Below, piece after piece: positions 55,759 to 64,000 of a stretch of 64,000 nt of DNA. The DNA comes from an uncultured Alphaproteobacteria bacterium (GTDB taxonomy: Bacteria > Pseudomonadota > Alphaproteobacteria > Micropepsales > Micropepsaceae). Numbering within the stretch: position 1 is the first letter of the stretch; each line of letters opens with the position of its first letter. The notes under the pieces were generated by a model. That model was not told where the DNA came from. It did no database searches and worked only from the letters and a program-made list of their open reading frames with translations. The stretch is from assembly GCA_963822275.1 (NCBI GenBank), contig CAWGHR010000033.1:25279-89278 (forward strand). The letters are read 5' to 3'. The translations under genes were made by a program, and so were the position numbers.

Positions 55759-56202
55759 TCATGAGCGGACGCTATTATATCTGGCTGGTTCCGCTGCAGG
55801 AACAGAGGATGTGGTCAGGATCGGTGGCGAGGAAATCTCGAGAAGTGGCATGGCAAAAGTTGCCGGTTTCCCCTGGATATAAGCGGCGCACTCCGCGTGA
55901 AACTCATCCTCGAGTTCCGCCTTTGCTATCAGCCAATGCAGCTCGGCTTTACCCTCTGGGCGACCTTCGCGTTCCCAAATAGCGTGGCTCCGCGCGCGGA
56001 TGCTTTCATCAGAGGGAACGGGTTGCTTTCGAAAGGGCATCGAAGCGGTACGCTCTTCCTCAAATTCCAACTCAAGTTCCGCTTTTGCTCTCAGCCAATG
56101 TTCTTCTGATTTGCCATCCGGGCGACCTTCGCGTTCCCAGATCACGTGGGCGCGCTCGCGGACATCTTCCTCAGATGGGATGGTTGGTATTCGATGGTAC
56201 AT
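55759..56202 (-). CDS. Tandem DUF2934 domain protein
   Basis: Two repeats: ERAHVIWEREGRPDGKSEEHWLRAKAEL and ARSHAIWEREGRPEGKAELHWLIAKAEL. Confidence 0.85.
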   Translation of the reverse strand: MYHRIPTIPSEEDVRERAHVIWEREGRPDGKSEEHWLRAKAELELEFEEERTASMPFRKQPVPSDESIRARSHAIWEREGRPEGKAELHWLIAKAELEDEFHAECAAYIQGKPATFAMPLLEISSPPILTTSSVPAAEPARYNSVRS

Positions 56203-56297
56203 GGCACTCTCCTATTCGCCGCTACAGAATGTATTTCCTTTCGTTCTCCAAATTCGGCTTCTTCGAGAGGCCTGACAGCCACAAAAGTCACAATGCC

Positions 56298-57815
56298 TCA
56301 GCGCGCTATTAGCCTCTCCGTTTCCCGTGTTTGTTTCGCGTCGGACGCCGTCTCGGCGATTGGCGGTGCTCCGCTCAGTTCGCTATACAAAGAGATGTAT
56401 TTGGCGGCGCTGGCGTCCCAACTGAAGTCTTGCGCCATGGCGTTCAACTGCAATCGCCGCCATGTCAGCGGCTCGCGGTAGAGGGCCAAGGCTCGGCCAA
56501 TTGCCGACACAAGGCTGGTCGTGTTCGCATCCTCAAAAACGAAACCGGTCGCAGTCCGATCGGCCATCGCCCGAACGGTGGCGTCCACCACGGTGTCTGC
56601 CAAACCGCCGGTACGGCGGACAATCGGCAATGTGCCGTAGCGCAAGGCATAGAGTTGCGTCAGTCCGCAGGGTTCGAACCGCGCCGGTGCCAGCAATATG
56701 TCGCTTCCCGCTTGAAGGCGATGCGCCAGCGCTTCGTCATAGCCGATCGTCACAGCCACTTGATTGCCATACCTCGCTTGCGCTTCCTGCAACGCGGCTT
56801 CGATCGACGAATCACCTTCTCCGTCGATCACCAATTGCGCTCCTTGCTCGACGATCCACGGCAGCGCAGACAAGATGATGTCCACCATCTTTTGCTGTGT
56901 CAGCCGGCTGACGAACCCGATGAGTGGTGTTTCGGGGTTTATCGGTAAACCAAGTTCACGCTGTAGCACGGCCTTGCAGGTTCTTTTTCCCGCAATACTG
57001 CTTGCGCGATAAGTCTGAGGCAGATGGATATCGGTGGCTGGATTCCACAACTCATCGTCAATCCCGTTGAGGATTCCGCAGAAATCAGTATTTCGTTGAC
57101 GCAGATCACCGTCCATGCCGCAACCAAAATCAGGCGTAAGGATTTCCTTCGCGTAAGTGGGGCTAACCGTTGTGACTCGATCTCCATAGCGAAGGCCGGC
57201 CTTCAGAAACGATACCTGTCCATAGAATTCGATCGCGTTGGCGTCGTAGCAATGGTCCGGAACGCCGATGGTAGCCAACGTTTCTCGCGCGAAATTCCCC
57301 TGGAAGGCCATATTGTGGGCGGTGAACACCGTGCTCGGTTTGGGCGCGGTTTCAAATGAAAGCAGCAACGGCAATAAACCCGTGTGCCAGTCATTGGCGT
57401 GGACGACGTCTGGTTTCCAAGCGACACGAGTTTGCTGCATCGCCAGTTTTGCGCCGGTATGCGCAAGGAATGCGAAACGCAAGGCATTGTCCGACCAATC
57501 CCGGCCGCTCTCGTCTTGATAGAGGTTACCGTCGCGCTGGAAGAGCGTCGGTGAATTGACAAGCCACACGGGTAAATTCGTTTCGGGGAATGTCCCTTCG
57601 ATGAGCGTGGCATCTGCAATCCCAAGCATGGGGCCAAGCTTGGCGACCGTATGCGGCTTTTCGATTTGCGCAAGGGCGATGGGATAACAGGGAAGCAAAA
57701 GCCGGATATCGACGCCGTGGCGAGCAAGCGCTATCGGTAGAGCCCGGGAGACATCGGCAAGCCCACCAGTCTTGGCAAGGGGATAAGCTTCAGCGGTGGC
57801 AAATAGCACTCTCAC
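56298..57815 (-). CDS. glgA: Glycogen synthase
   Basis: EAYPLAKTGGLADV, HANDWH, HNMAFQG, SRL..QK, RFEPCGLTQLYALRYGT, TGGLADTV. Confidence 0.95.
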   Translation of the reverse strand: MRVLFATAEAYPLAKTGGLADVSRALPIALARHGVDIRLLLPCYPIALAQIEKPHTVAKLGPMLGIADATLIEGTFPETNLPVWLVNSPTLFQRDGNLYQDESGRDWSDNALRFAFLAHTGAKLAMQQTRVAWKPDVVHANDWHTGLLPLLLSFETAPKPSTVFTAHNMAFQGNFARETLATIGVPDHCYDANAIEFYGQVSFLKAGLRYGDRVTTVSPTYAKEILTPDFGCGMDGDLRQRNTDFCGILNGIDDELWNPATDIHLPQTYRASSIAGKRTCKAVLQRELGLPINPETPLIGFVSRLTQQKMVDIILSALPWIVEQGAQLVIDGEGDSSIEAALQEAQARYGNQVAVTIGYDEALAHRLQAGSDILLAPARFEPCGLTQLYALRYGTLPIVRRTGGLADTVVDATVRAMADRTATGFVFEDANTTSLVSAIGRALALYREPLTWRRLQLNAMAQDFSWDASAAKYISLYSELSGAPPIAETASDAKQTRETERLIAR

Positions 57816-57935
57816 AACAATCCCTCCCGTAACTGGAATCCGAATTCCACGGCATTCTGTGGCAACGACCTCGCCGCTAGGGGCTTTACAGCGAGGCCGT
57901 TCCACAATGTCGGCTAACCGATTACTAGGTTGTCT

Positions 57936-57949
57936 TTGACCTTAGTCAC
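57936..57949. promoter_or_regulatory. Possible Fnr/FixK box upstream of glgA
   Basis: TTGAC-CTTA-GTCAC, close to TTGAY-N4-RTCAA. Confidence 0.3.
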
Positions 57950-58160
57950 TTTCGGCGCTGACGAAGCCGTATGTCCCACGCCGGAGCAGAATCAGAAAGG
58001 CTCGCGTCGGCCAATATCCAGTCCAAACTGGCCATAATGAAAGCAAACGATTTTGTGGTGTTCGGTTCACGTTGCAATCTCGGCCAGTGCCGGAATCAGC
58101 GCGAGCTTTTTTTCGCGCGATCGTTCGGAGGCTAATGCCGCAGTGGCAACACATTCGGAA

Positions 58161-58259
58161 TTAATGGCACAGAAGAACTGGCAGGCTTGCGTCGTTCAAC
58201 ACATGGCGTGTGAATCCGCCGAATATCCGCTCATGCGCACGACTGCGGTTATAAGGTGA
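58161..58259 (-). pseudogene. C-terminal remnant of a universal stress protein
   Basis: Manual translation SPYNRSRAHERIFGGFTRHVLNDASLPVLLCH*, matching the USP terminal motif (GAYGHSRLRE.IFGG.TR..L....PVL..H). No in-frame start upstream. Confidence 0.7.
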
Positions 58260-58316
58260 CGTCCAACCGTTGTGGTCGACGGATCGAGCTGAAATGCAAA
58301 GCGCCGTAATTTTAAA

Positions 58317-58481
58317 TCACTTCGTTTCCAGCCAGGCAAAAAGCGTCAGGAACGTCAAAGCGAGGCAGACAAATTCGTACTTCGGCGCTTCGTAATCGGG
58401 TGGTTCGGTGCAAAACATTCCGACAAACGCGCCTCCCATGAACGTCAAGGTCAGTAATCCGGCTATCAGGTGCAAACTCAT
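58317..58481 (-). CDS. Small two-TM membrane protein (54 aa)
   Basis: RBS AGGAGG 5 nt before ATG; two hydrophobic segments. Confidence 0.55.
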   Translation of the reverse strand: MSLHLIAGLLTLTFMGGAFVGMFCTEPPDYEAPKYEFVCLALTFLTLFAWLETK

Positions 58482-58580
58482 GTTTACCTCCTGCCCCTGC
58501 TTGAGCTGTCGCATCGTGCTCTACGTCAGCAACGTGGTTCTAACCTCCGATCCCCACGTCCCGTCATAGGCCATGCAAGA

Positions 58581-59195
58581 TCATGGCCGCGAGTGGGTAA
58601 CGGGGGCCTCCAACAAACGCGTGATGCCGCGACCAGCGATTGCCACCATCATGACCGCAAAGCCAGACGTGATCAGATTGACGCCGACGAGTAGACCCAA
58701 CGCCCAATTTGCGGTCATCGGCCAGCCAAGCGTGATGATTACAACCAACACCAAATCCGCGATGCCGCTCGTTAGCATCCAACCCCATGACTCACGAATC
58801 ACGTCGCGATAGGCGATTGACGTCGCGATCTGAAAGATGCCCTCAACAAGGAAGAGGACCGTCAACAAGACCGTAAGCGATTGAGCACCCGCGACGGGGT
58901 GCCAGATGAGCAAAATACCGATAGCGGTCGACAAGGCTGCAGTGACCAGACTCCATGTAAAGGCTGGAATGTTTCTGGTCGAGAATATCGCAAACAGACC
59001 CACGATGCCGCAAACGAGAAAAAGCCAACCGATGAAGATATCTACGGCGATTGTCGCAGCAATAGGCAAAGCGACAGCAAAAATGCCAAGCGCCAGCATG
59101 ACCAGGCCCTGGAACAGAAACAACCGCCAGTGAATGCCCAACGCATCGCTTATGGCGCGGTGCATGATGTTGGTTTCTTGTTTCTCGTGAACCAT
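58581..59195 (-). CDS. HdeD/DUF308 family membrane protein
   Basis: HW..FL.QG..M..LG..A...P, W..GLLVG.NL...G; six TM segments. Confidence 0.87.
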   Translation of the reverse strand: MVHEKQETNIMHRAISDALGIHWRLFLFQGLVMLALGIFAVALPIAATIAVDIFIGWLFLVCGIVGLFAIFSTRNIPAFTWSLVTAALSTAIGILLIWHPVAGAQSLTVLLTVLFLVEGIFQIATSIAYRDVIRESWGWMLTSGIADLVLVVIITLGWPMTANWALGLLVGVNLITSGFAVMMVAIAGRGITRLLEAPVTHSRP

Positions 59196-59244
59196 TCTAT
59201 CCTCCTATCGTTCCATTTCTCTGACTGATGTGCGTATACGCCGT

Positions 59245-59715
59245 TCAACCGACATGACTCACACCATTTCGTACGGCGGCGAAGATGGCCTCCGCCAGCG
59301 GATTCAAATTAATCGCCGCTAGTGTCATCTTTTTAAGCTTTTTTGCCTTATCGAACGCCAGGTGCACTACGATGGGAACGGCTGCTTCTTCGGTATTTTT
59401 GACCATCGACTGTCTCGCTAAAACGCCCAGCAGAACGATGTCGCATTCGTTGACCAATTTGGTGTTCACGGAAAAACCATTCCTGATGTCGCCGTGGATG
59501 CCCTCCAGCACGCGCATGGCATTTTCACAGCCGAATGCGTGAGTAGCGCTGCAGTTTTGGCCGATGCATGTGGTGCCCGGTCTTATCGACAGAACGACAT
59601 CGTCTGCGAGAAGCTCATTCCATTTAGCCCAATCCCAGTCTGCCATGAACAATCGAGCCACTGTACGTGCAAGACCTTCGATGTGGCTTATCCGTGCAAT
59701 GTTTATCGGGGTCAT
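59245..59715 (-). CDS. Hypothetical protein, possible SnoaL/NTF2-like fold
   Basis: DW..W.ELLADDVVL and F D...K.KK.T patterns; co-oriented with neighbours. Confidence 0.55.
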   Translation of the reverse strand: MTPINIARISHIEGLARTVARLFMADWDWAKWNELLADDVVLSIRPGTTCIGQNCSATHAFGCENAMRVLEGIHGDIRNGFSVNTKLVNECDIVLLGVLARQSMVKNTEEAAVPIVVHLAFDKAKKLKKMTLAAINLNPLAEAIFAAVRNGVSHVG

Positions 59716-59782
59716 GTACCAGCGCTCTTTGTTCTGGGATTCCGGATAGATCGTAATTGACCACTACTGCGTGCGGACGAGA

Positions 59783-60229
59783 TCACCTGTGAATCGCCGT
59801 ATTGGGACTTAGATTTTTGGTTGGCGCTAAATCGGCGTCGTGCCGGGCAAGCCAGGCCTCGATCGCCGCTTTTTCGACCTCGTCCACGGCCGCCATAGCA
59901 AGATCAATTGCGGCCTCGGCATATCGTTCGGCCTTAACGGCGCGACCCTGCAGCTTGCCTAGATCGCGCGTGGCCTTCCATCCGGCGATCTTATCCTCCG
60001 TCGCGACCTTCTGGCTTTCCGCCCAGTCTTTCACTTCGGCCTGCGCCGCCGAGACCTTCTTTGCGTCCTGTTTGATACGCCAGCGGACGTCGTCGAGGTG
60101 AAGGCGGACCGCCTGTTCGATTTGCTGAGACTTACCGTCGATTTTGGCTTTGAGGCCCGCGAGTCCGCTATCGATATTTGTGAGTTTGATTCGAAGATTC
60201 TCGCAGAACTGGTCGATCGGTTCACTCAT
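59783..60229 (-). CDS. Hypothetical coiled-coil protein
   Basis: RBS GGAGG; MSEPIDQFCENLRIKL...KIAGWK..R...KL..RA.KAE.YA.AAID.A.AAVDE.E.A..EAWLAR.DAD. Confidence 0.75.
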   Translation of the reverse strand: MSEPIDQFCENLRIKLTNIDSGLAGLKAKIDGKSQQIEQAVRLHLDDVRWRIKQDAKKVSAAQAEVKDWAESQKVATEDKIAGWKATRDLGKLQGRAVKAERYAEAAIDLAMAAVDEVEKAAIEAWLARHDADLAPTKNLSPNTAIHR

Positions 60230-60417
60230 GATGATGTCCTCCAATAGGCATAATTGCGTGACCACCCGAAGATAGGTGCTTGGAGGAATGCCAAAAGGTT
60301 CGCAGGGGCCAATATCAGGTCTAATCCGGCCATAACCGAGATAAACCGGACGGACGTGACACGCGGCAATTCGGCGAAAACGTGGCGGCAGCATTCCAGG
60401 GTGGGGCGCCAGCAACC

Positions 60418-61479
60418 TCAGTCAGGCGATTCGGAGTGACCGATACTGCTCCTCGAACGTTGTCTGAACTCAAGTGGTGCATGATTTGTCCAGCGCCGAA
60501 ATGCGCGCCGGAAATTGGCCGCATCCTTAAATCCCAGAGCGTATGTGACTTCTTCAATCGTCAGGTCAGTATCCCGGAGATACTTGATCGCAACCTGCAT
60601 CCTCAATTCATCCACCAGCTCGTGGAAAGACGTGCTCTCTTCGGCGAGTTTCCTTCGCAATGTGCGCGCGGTCATATTCAGATGTTTTGCGGCAGCTTCC
60701 AAGCTTGTCGGGCGCATCAGGTTGACAAGAAGAATCTCGCGCACCTTCCCGACGAGACCGACGCGAAGCCGCAATTCCTCCATCAATTGGTCGCACAACC
60801 GCAGGGAAATGGCGTGAGTGATTTCGTTCCCCACCTTGGGCTCGCGATCCAGCCACGCCGCATCGAAGACGAACTTGTTCTGCGGTTGACCGAAATGCAC
60901 TTCGCAGCCAAAGGTCTCAGCGTAGCTCTGCGTGTCCCCTGGGGCGGCATAGGTGACATGCAGCTGTCGCGCGACGAACGACGGGCCCATTACGTCGCGG
61001 TGAAGTGACACGTGAATACCGAATTGCATCTCGACCAGGAACTTATAGAGGGAAGCGTCGATCCTTGGGTGCGCAATGGGGCTTATGAACCACGTTGCGC
61101 GATCACCCTCCTCCTTGAGGGATATGTCGCAGAGTGGCGTTGCCGACAGTTCGTGATACTTCTCTGCGACGCGCATTGTCTGACGGAAGTTCGTACTGCT
61201 GAGGATCGCGAAGCCTAGCGCCCCGTACGCAGAAACGTGAAACCGCAAACCTGCATGATAGGCGAAGCACGGATTGCGCGCGAGCCTTGAGGCATTGCGG
61301 CAACATTCGATGATCTGATTCAATGAAACCCTTGTCGCGGGCGACGAAATCTCGCTCGCTGACAGCTGAACCCCGTTCAGAACATCCGCGGACGGTACGC
61401 CCTCAGCCGAGAGCGCCTCCACGACCGTCGCAAGCTTGACGACGGGATAAATCTTTTCGTCCGGACCGGCCTTGAGCAT
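60418..61479 (-). CDS. AraC-family regulator (OruR/ArgR-like)
   Basis: YG.LGFAILSS, FGC.V.FG...N, RTLRRKL..E..SF, LGF.DAANFRRAFRRWT. Confidence 0.92.
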   Translation of the reverse strand: MLKAGPDEKIYPVVKLATVVEALSAEGVPSADVLNGVQLSASEISSPATRVSLNQIIECCRNASRLARNPCFAYHAGLRFHVSAYGALGFAILSSTNFRQTMRVAEKYHELSATPLCDISLKEEGDRATWFISPIAHPRIDASLYKFLVEMQFGIHVSLHRDVMGPSFVARQLHVTYAAPGDTQSYAETFGCEVHFGQPQNKFVFDAAWLDREPKVGNEITHAISLRLCDQLMEELRLRVGLVGKVREILLVNLMRPTSLEAAAKHLNMTARTLRRKLAEESTSFHELVDELRMQVAIKYLRDTDLTIEEVTYALGFKDAANFRRAFRRWTNHAPLEFRQRSRSSIGHSESPD

Positions 61480-61738
61480 TGTCGTTCCATAAATCGTCCG
61501 CGCGACCACCGCGAGCGTCGCAATCGGATAATAGTTCAAATTGCGGGAATCCGCGCGTCAATGCGCGCAGCATTTGTGCAGCGCCAGGACTGCTATTGTG
61601 TTGACTGCATTAGATAATTCAAAAATGCACCGGTGCCTTATTTCTGTTCTTCCCAAGCTGTATCCGAGGGTCCGCGGTTACGCGAACGCCAACTGCCCCT
61701 TCGCCCGCTCCAACTTTGCGCATTTGAGCCCGAAAATA

Positions 61739-61767
61739 TTGACAACCGTGCGTGGTCGAACATAGCG
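61739..61767 (+). promoter_or_regulatory. Sigma70-type promoter of glyoxalase gene
   Basis: Perfect -35 TTGACA at 61739-61744, candidate -10 CATAGC at 61761-61766. Confidence 0.45.
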
Positions 61768-61771
61768 TGGT

Positions 61772-61902
61772 GGAAAGGCTGATGCGGCCTGCCGCTTGCG
61801 CCCATGGGGTTCGGTGAACGCGTCGATCGAACTCGCTGCCTTTGCCACGAGCGAATGGATCAGCAAAGCAAGCACTGATACGCCCTTCGCTCCAGCAGAG
61901 GA
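61772..61902 (+). ncRNA. Candidate structured cis-regulatory leader RNA
   Basis: Several hairpins plus loop-to-downstream complementarity GAGCGAA/TTCGCTC next to the RBS (see findings). Confidence 0.4.
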
Positions 61903-61906
61903 CAGC

Positions 61907-62521
61907 ATGCGCGATTTTCGCGATTCCAAAGCAATGGCCAGAACCTTAAGAGATGCTCTTGCCGAGAAAAGCATTGCCTTCACGCAGAGCGAAAGCTTGG
62001 AGCTCGTCTCCAAGATGTTTGGCTTGGCCAACTGGAACGTGCTTGCGGCAAAAATAGAAACTACAGCCCGTCCTATCGCTGCGCAAATGTTTCCGCCGCG
62101 CGATAGCTCAGTTCGCCCGACAAACGCGAAAACGCCGCGCACGCTGGGGATTTCGCCATTTCTGATCGTCAGCAATGTCGGCCGTTCAATCGCGTTCTAC
62201 CGCGATAAACTCGGCTTCGAACCGACGTTTGTGGAACCGACGGAGAATCCGTTCTTCGCCGTCATTTGCCGCGACCAAGCGCAGATGCTTATCAAATCGG
62301 AGGGCGGCATCACGCCGGTCCCAAATCATACGCGCCATGGTCATCTGAGATGGGATGCCTACATCTATGCGCCAGACCCCAATTCCCTTGCCGCGGATTT
62401 TGCCGAACGTGGCGCAGTTTTCAGTGCCCCGCTCACCGACACAAATGACGGATTGCGAGGTTTCGAAGTGAAAGACCCGGATGGCTATGTGCTGTTTTTC
62501 GGACGGCCCAGACCGGATTAA
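61907..62521 (+). CDS. Glyoxalase superfamily N-terminal domain fused to VOC/bleomycin-resistance domain
   Basis: MRDFRDSKAMARTLR.AL....SLELVSK.FG..NWNVLAAKI, then ISPFLIV..V.RSIAFY.DKLGF, R.FEV.DPDGYVL.FG. RBS GAGGA. Confidence 0.85.
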   Translation: MRDFRDSKAMARTLRDALAEKSIAFTQSESLELVSKMFGLANWNVLAAKIETTARPIAAQMFPPRDSSVRPTNAKTPRTLGISPFLIVSNVGRSIAFYRDKLGFEPTFVEPTENPFFAVICRDQAQMLIKSEGGITPVPNHTRHGHLRWDAYIYAPDPNSLAADFAERGAVFSAPLTDTNDGLRGFEVKDPDGYVLFFGRPRPD

Positions 62522-62561
62522 CCCCGAGACGCGCCGCAAGGCTCGGGTTTTGTGCAGCGTC

Positions 62562-63239
62562 TCACCACAGCAAGGGGATCAAGCGCCAGCGCACGCGGGC
62601 GGCATAGCGGGCGTAATCCGGAAGCCCTGCGCATAACAGGCGTTCCTCAAGAACGGAACGGAAGGCCAGCATACCGGCAAGCAGCGGCACGCCTCCGAGG
62701 CCGATCCACGACCCGAGCAAGAGAGCCGTGCCGAGATGGATGATTACGGACCCCGTGTACATCGGATGGCGAACACTGGCGTATGGTCCGGTATCGGCGA
62801 CTTTCTGACCGCGCTCCTGCTGAAGCCGTATGACGGTGGTGGCAAAGCTGTTTGCCTTCAGCGCACAGGCCACCAAAAAATATCCGGCGAAGATCAAGAA
62901 CGCGCCGAGCACGGCAAAGATGGCGGGCATGTGCGACAGGCCCCAGCGTTTGACATCGAGGGCCATGACGATGATCCAGCTGTACCAAACGAGGCCCATC
63001 GCCAGCATGAATATCTGGTCCCAGCGCGCCCTGGCCTCTCGCCGCGTATTGCGCATGCGCTCTTCGAAGAGGGCCGGGTCGTGCCGCTTCAGCCAAAACG
63101 CCGTTATGGCGATGCCGCCGACAAATTCGGCAAAGAACAATCAGCCTTGCGGCCAATCGAGTGTGCCGGCCGGTACGAACAGACTGCCACCAATGACGAA
63201 CAGCCACGGCAAGCGTTTCGGCAACTGCGGCCTAGCCAT
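62562..63239 (-). CDS. Isoprenylcysteine carboxylmethyltransferase family membrane protein (frameshift ~63140)
   Basis: LFVPAGTLDWPQ, DPALFEER, N.FA...IR.Q.ERGQKV.DTGPY..VRHPMY, EER.L...LP.Y..Y..RVRWRLIP. Confidence 0.87.
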
Positions 63240-63273
63240 AGAGTCCCCCGGAAAGGCCTGTCCGCCGGACACA

Positions 63274-63459
63274 TTATCCACGCCCAGAATTGGCGCCCAT
63301 GGGACCAACCATCGCGACCGAACGGCGCCGCAAGCAATCGCATCGCGCAGCGAGACCGTCTTCACGCCGTGAAGAATGGGCAACGTTTTGCATCGACATC
63401 GGCTTGCCGCGGCTGACACTCATTCCCAGCGCAAGCATCGCAGCGGCGATCCGTAACAT
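63274..63459 (-). CDS. Short or truncated ORF with signal-peptide-like start
   Basis: RBS AAGGAG; MLRIAAAMLALGMSVS; remainder not recognisable. Confidence 0.25.
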   Translation of the reverse strand: MLRIAAAMLALGMSVSRGKPMSMQNVAHSSRREDGLAARCDCLRRRSVAMVGPMGANSGRG

Positions 63460-63522
63460 CTGCACTCCTTCGAACAACGCTATGATCCACGCCGAATTCA
63501 TCGTCCTTAGGGATGGTCGGGG

Positions 63523-64000
63523 ATGCCGATGTGGAAGCGCGCCGCTATGGCGTTTGCCGCCATCTTGATCGCGATGGCTTGCTGGCTGGTCTTCAAGTCA
63601 TACACCGATCCGATCTTCGCGCCTCGTGCTGTTGCCAGGCTTCATGCTGTCACCGTGAACGACGATCGCCAATGGTTGTTGGAGCGCGGTTGCGATCGAA
63701 ACAAACCGGTCCTGCTGTTTCTTCACGGCGGGCCCGGAATGCCGGCAATGTTTCTGGCCCACGCCTTTGCGCGCCCGTTGGAGCGCGACTTTGTCGTCGT
63801 GCAATGGGACGAGCGCGGTGCAGGAAAAAGCTACCACGCCGATATGAACCCGGCGCACATGACCTTCACCCAGATGGAAGCCGATGCATTGGAGGTGGTC
63901 GGGGACCTGCGCCGCCGCTACGGCGTCAAGCGCGTGTTCCTGGTGGGCCATTCATGGGGCACTTTCCTGGGCGCTCACCTCGCCGCATCGCATCCCGAAC
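63523..64000 (+). CDS. Alpha/beta hydrolase, proline iminopeptidase-like (runs off right edge)
   Basis: Manual translation: N-terminal TM, PVLLFLHGGPG, FVVVQWDERGAGKS, LVGHSWG nucleophile motif. Confidence 0.9.
   Translation, partial: MPMWKRAAMAFAAILIAMACWLVFKSYTDPIFAPRAVARLHAVTVNDDRQWLLERGCDRNKPVLLFLHGGPGMPAMFLAHAFARPLERDFVVVQWDERGAGKSYHADMNPAHMTFTQMEADALEVVGDLRRRYGVKRVFLVGHSWGTFLGAHLAASHPE

Larger units (their letters stand above)
51482..61712. mobile_element. Putative genomic island at tRNA-Gly, no integrase seen
   Basis: Direct repeat CCCTTCGCCCGCTCCA in the tRNA (51482-51497) and again at 61697-61712, enclosing accessory genes and a gene remnant. Confidence 0.65.

Noticed and set aside
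61883-61894. CCCTTCGCTCCA as another att copy
   Set aside because: It is 4 nt short of the tRNA end and is better explained as the pairing partner inside the glyoxalase leader.

Overview
GC-rich alphaproteobacterial chromosome segment (gene content and style suggest a Rhizomicrobium/Micropepsales-like organism; this is inference). Many conserved genes carry clustered single-base indels, most likely long-read or assembly errors, so several long ORFs in the track are artificial fusions. From left to right: partial TonB-dependent receptor; dinG-dcd; GNAT; lysE-family gene; sahR-metF-metH operon with its palindromic operator; mlaA-mlaC; ettA; an orphan outer-membrane beta-barrel; MBL hydrolase; uxaA; a ~19.4 kb hopanoid cluster (vacJ-hpnN, hpnM, ispA, ispH-hpnH, hpnIJKLABCDE-shc-hpnG); a hexuronate/pectin locus (eda-kdgK, TonB receptor, LacI regulator, kduI-kduD, uxaB/uxuB-family gene) with seven copies of an ATGACACCGGTGTCAT-type LacI operator; DUF2336; tRNA-Gly(CCC). 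The tRNA is followed by structured 234-bp tandem repeats that each contain its 3' end, then a ~10 kb integrase-less island closed by a fourth copy of that 3' end. The window ends with a glyoxalase gene behind a structured, riboswitch-like leader, an ICMT-family methyltransferase and a partial alpha/beta hydrolase. Best leads for new biology: the glyoxalase leader RNA, the tRNA-Gly 3'-end repeat/island system, and the LacI regulon split by the hopanoid cluster.
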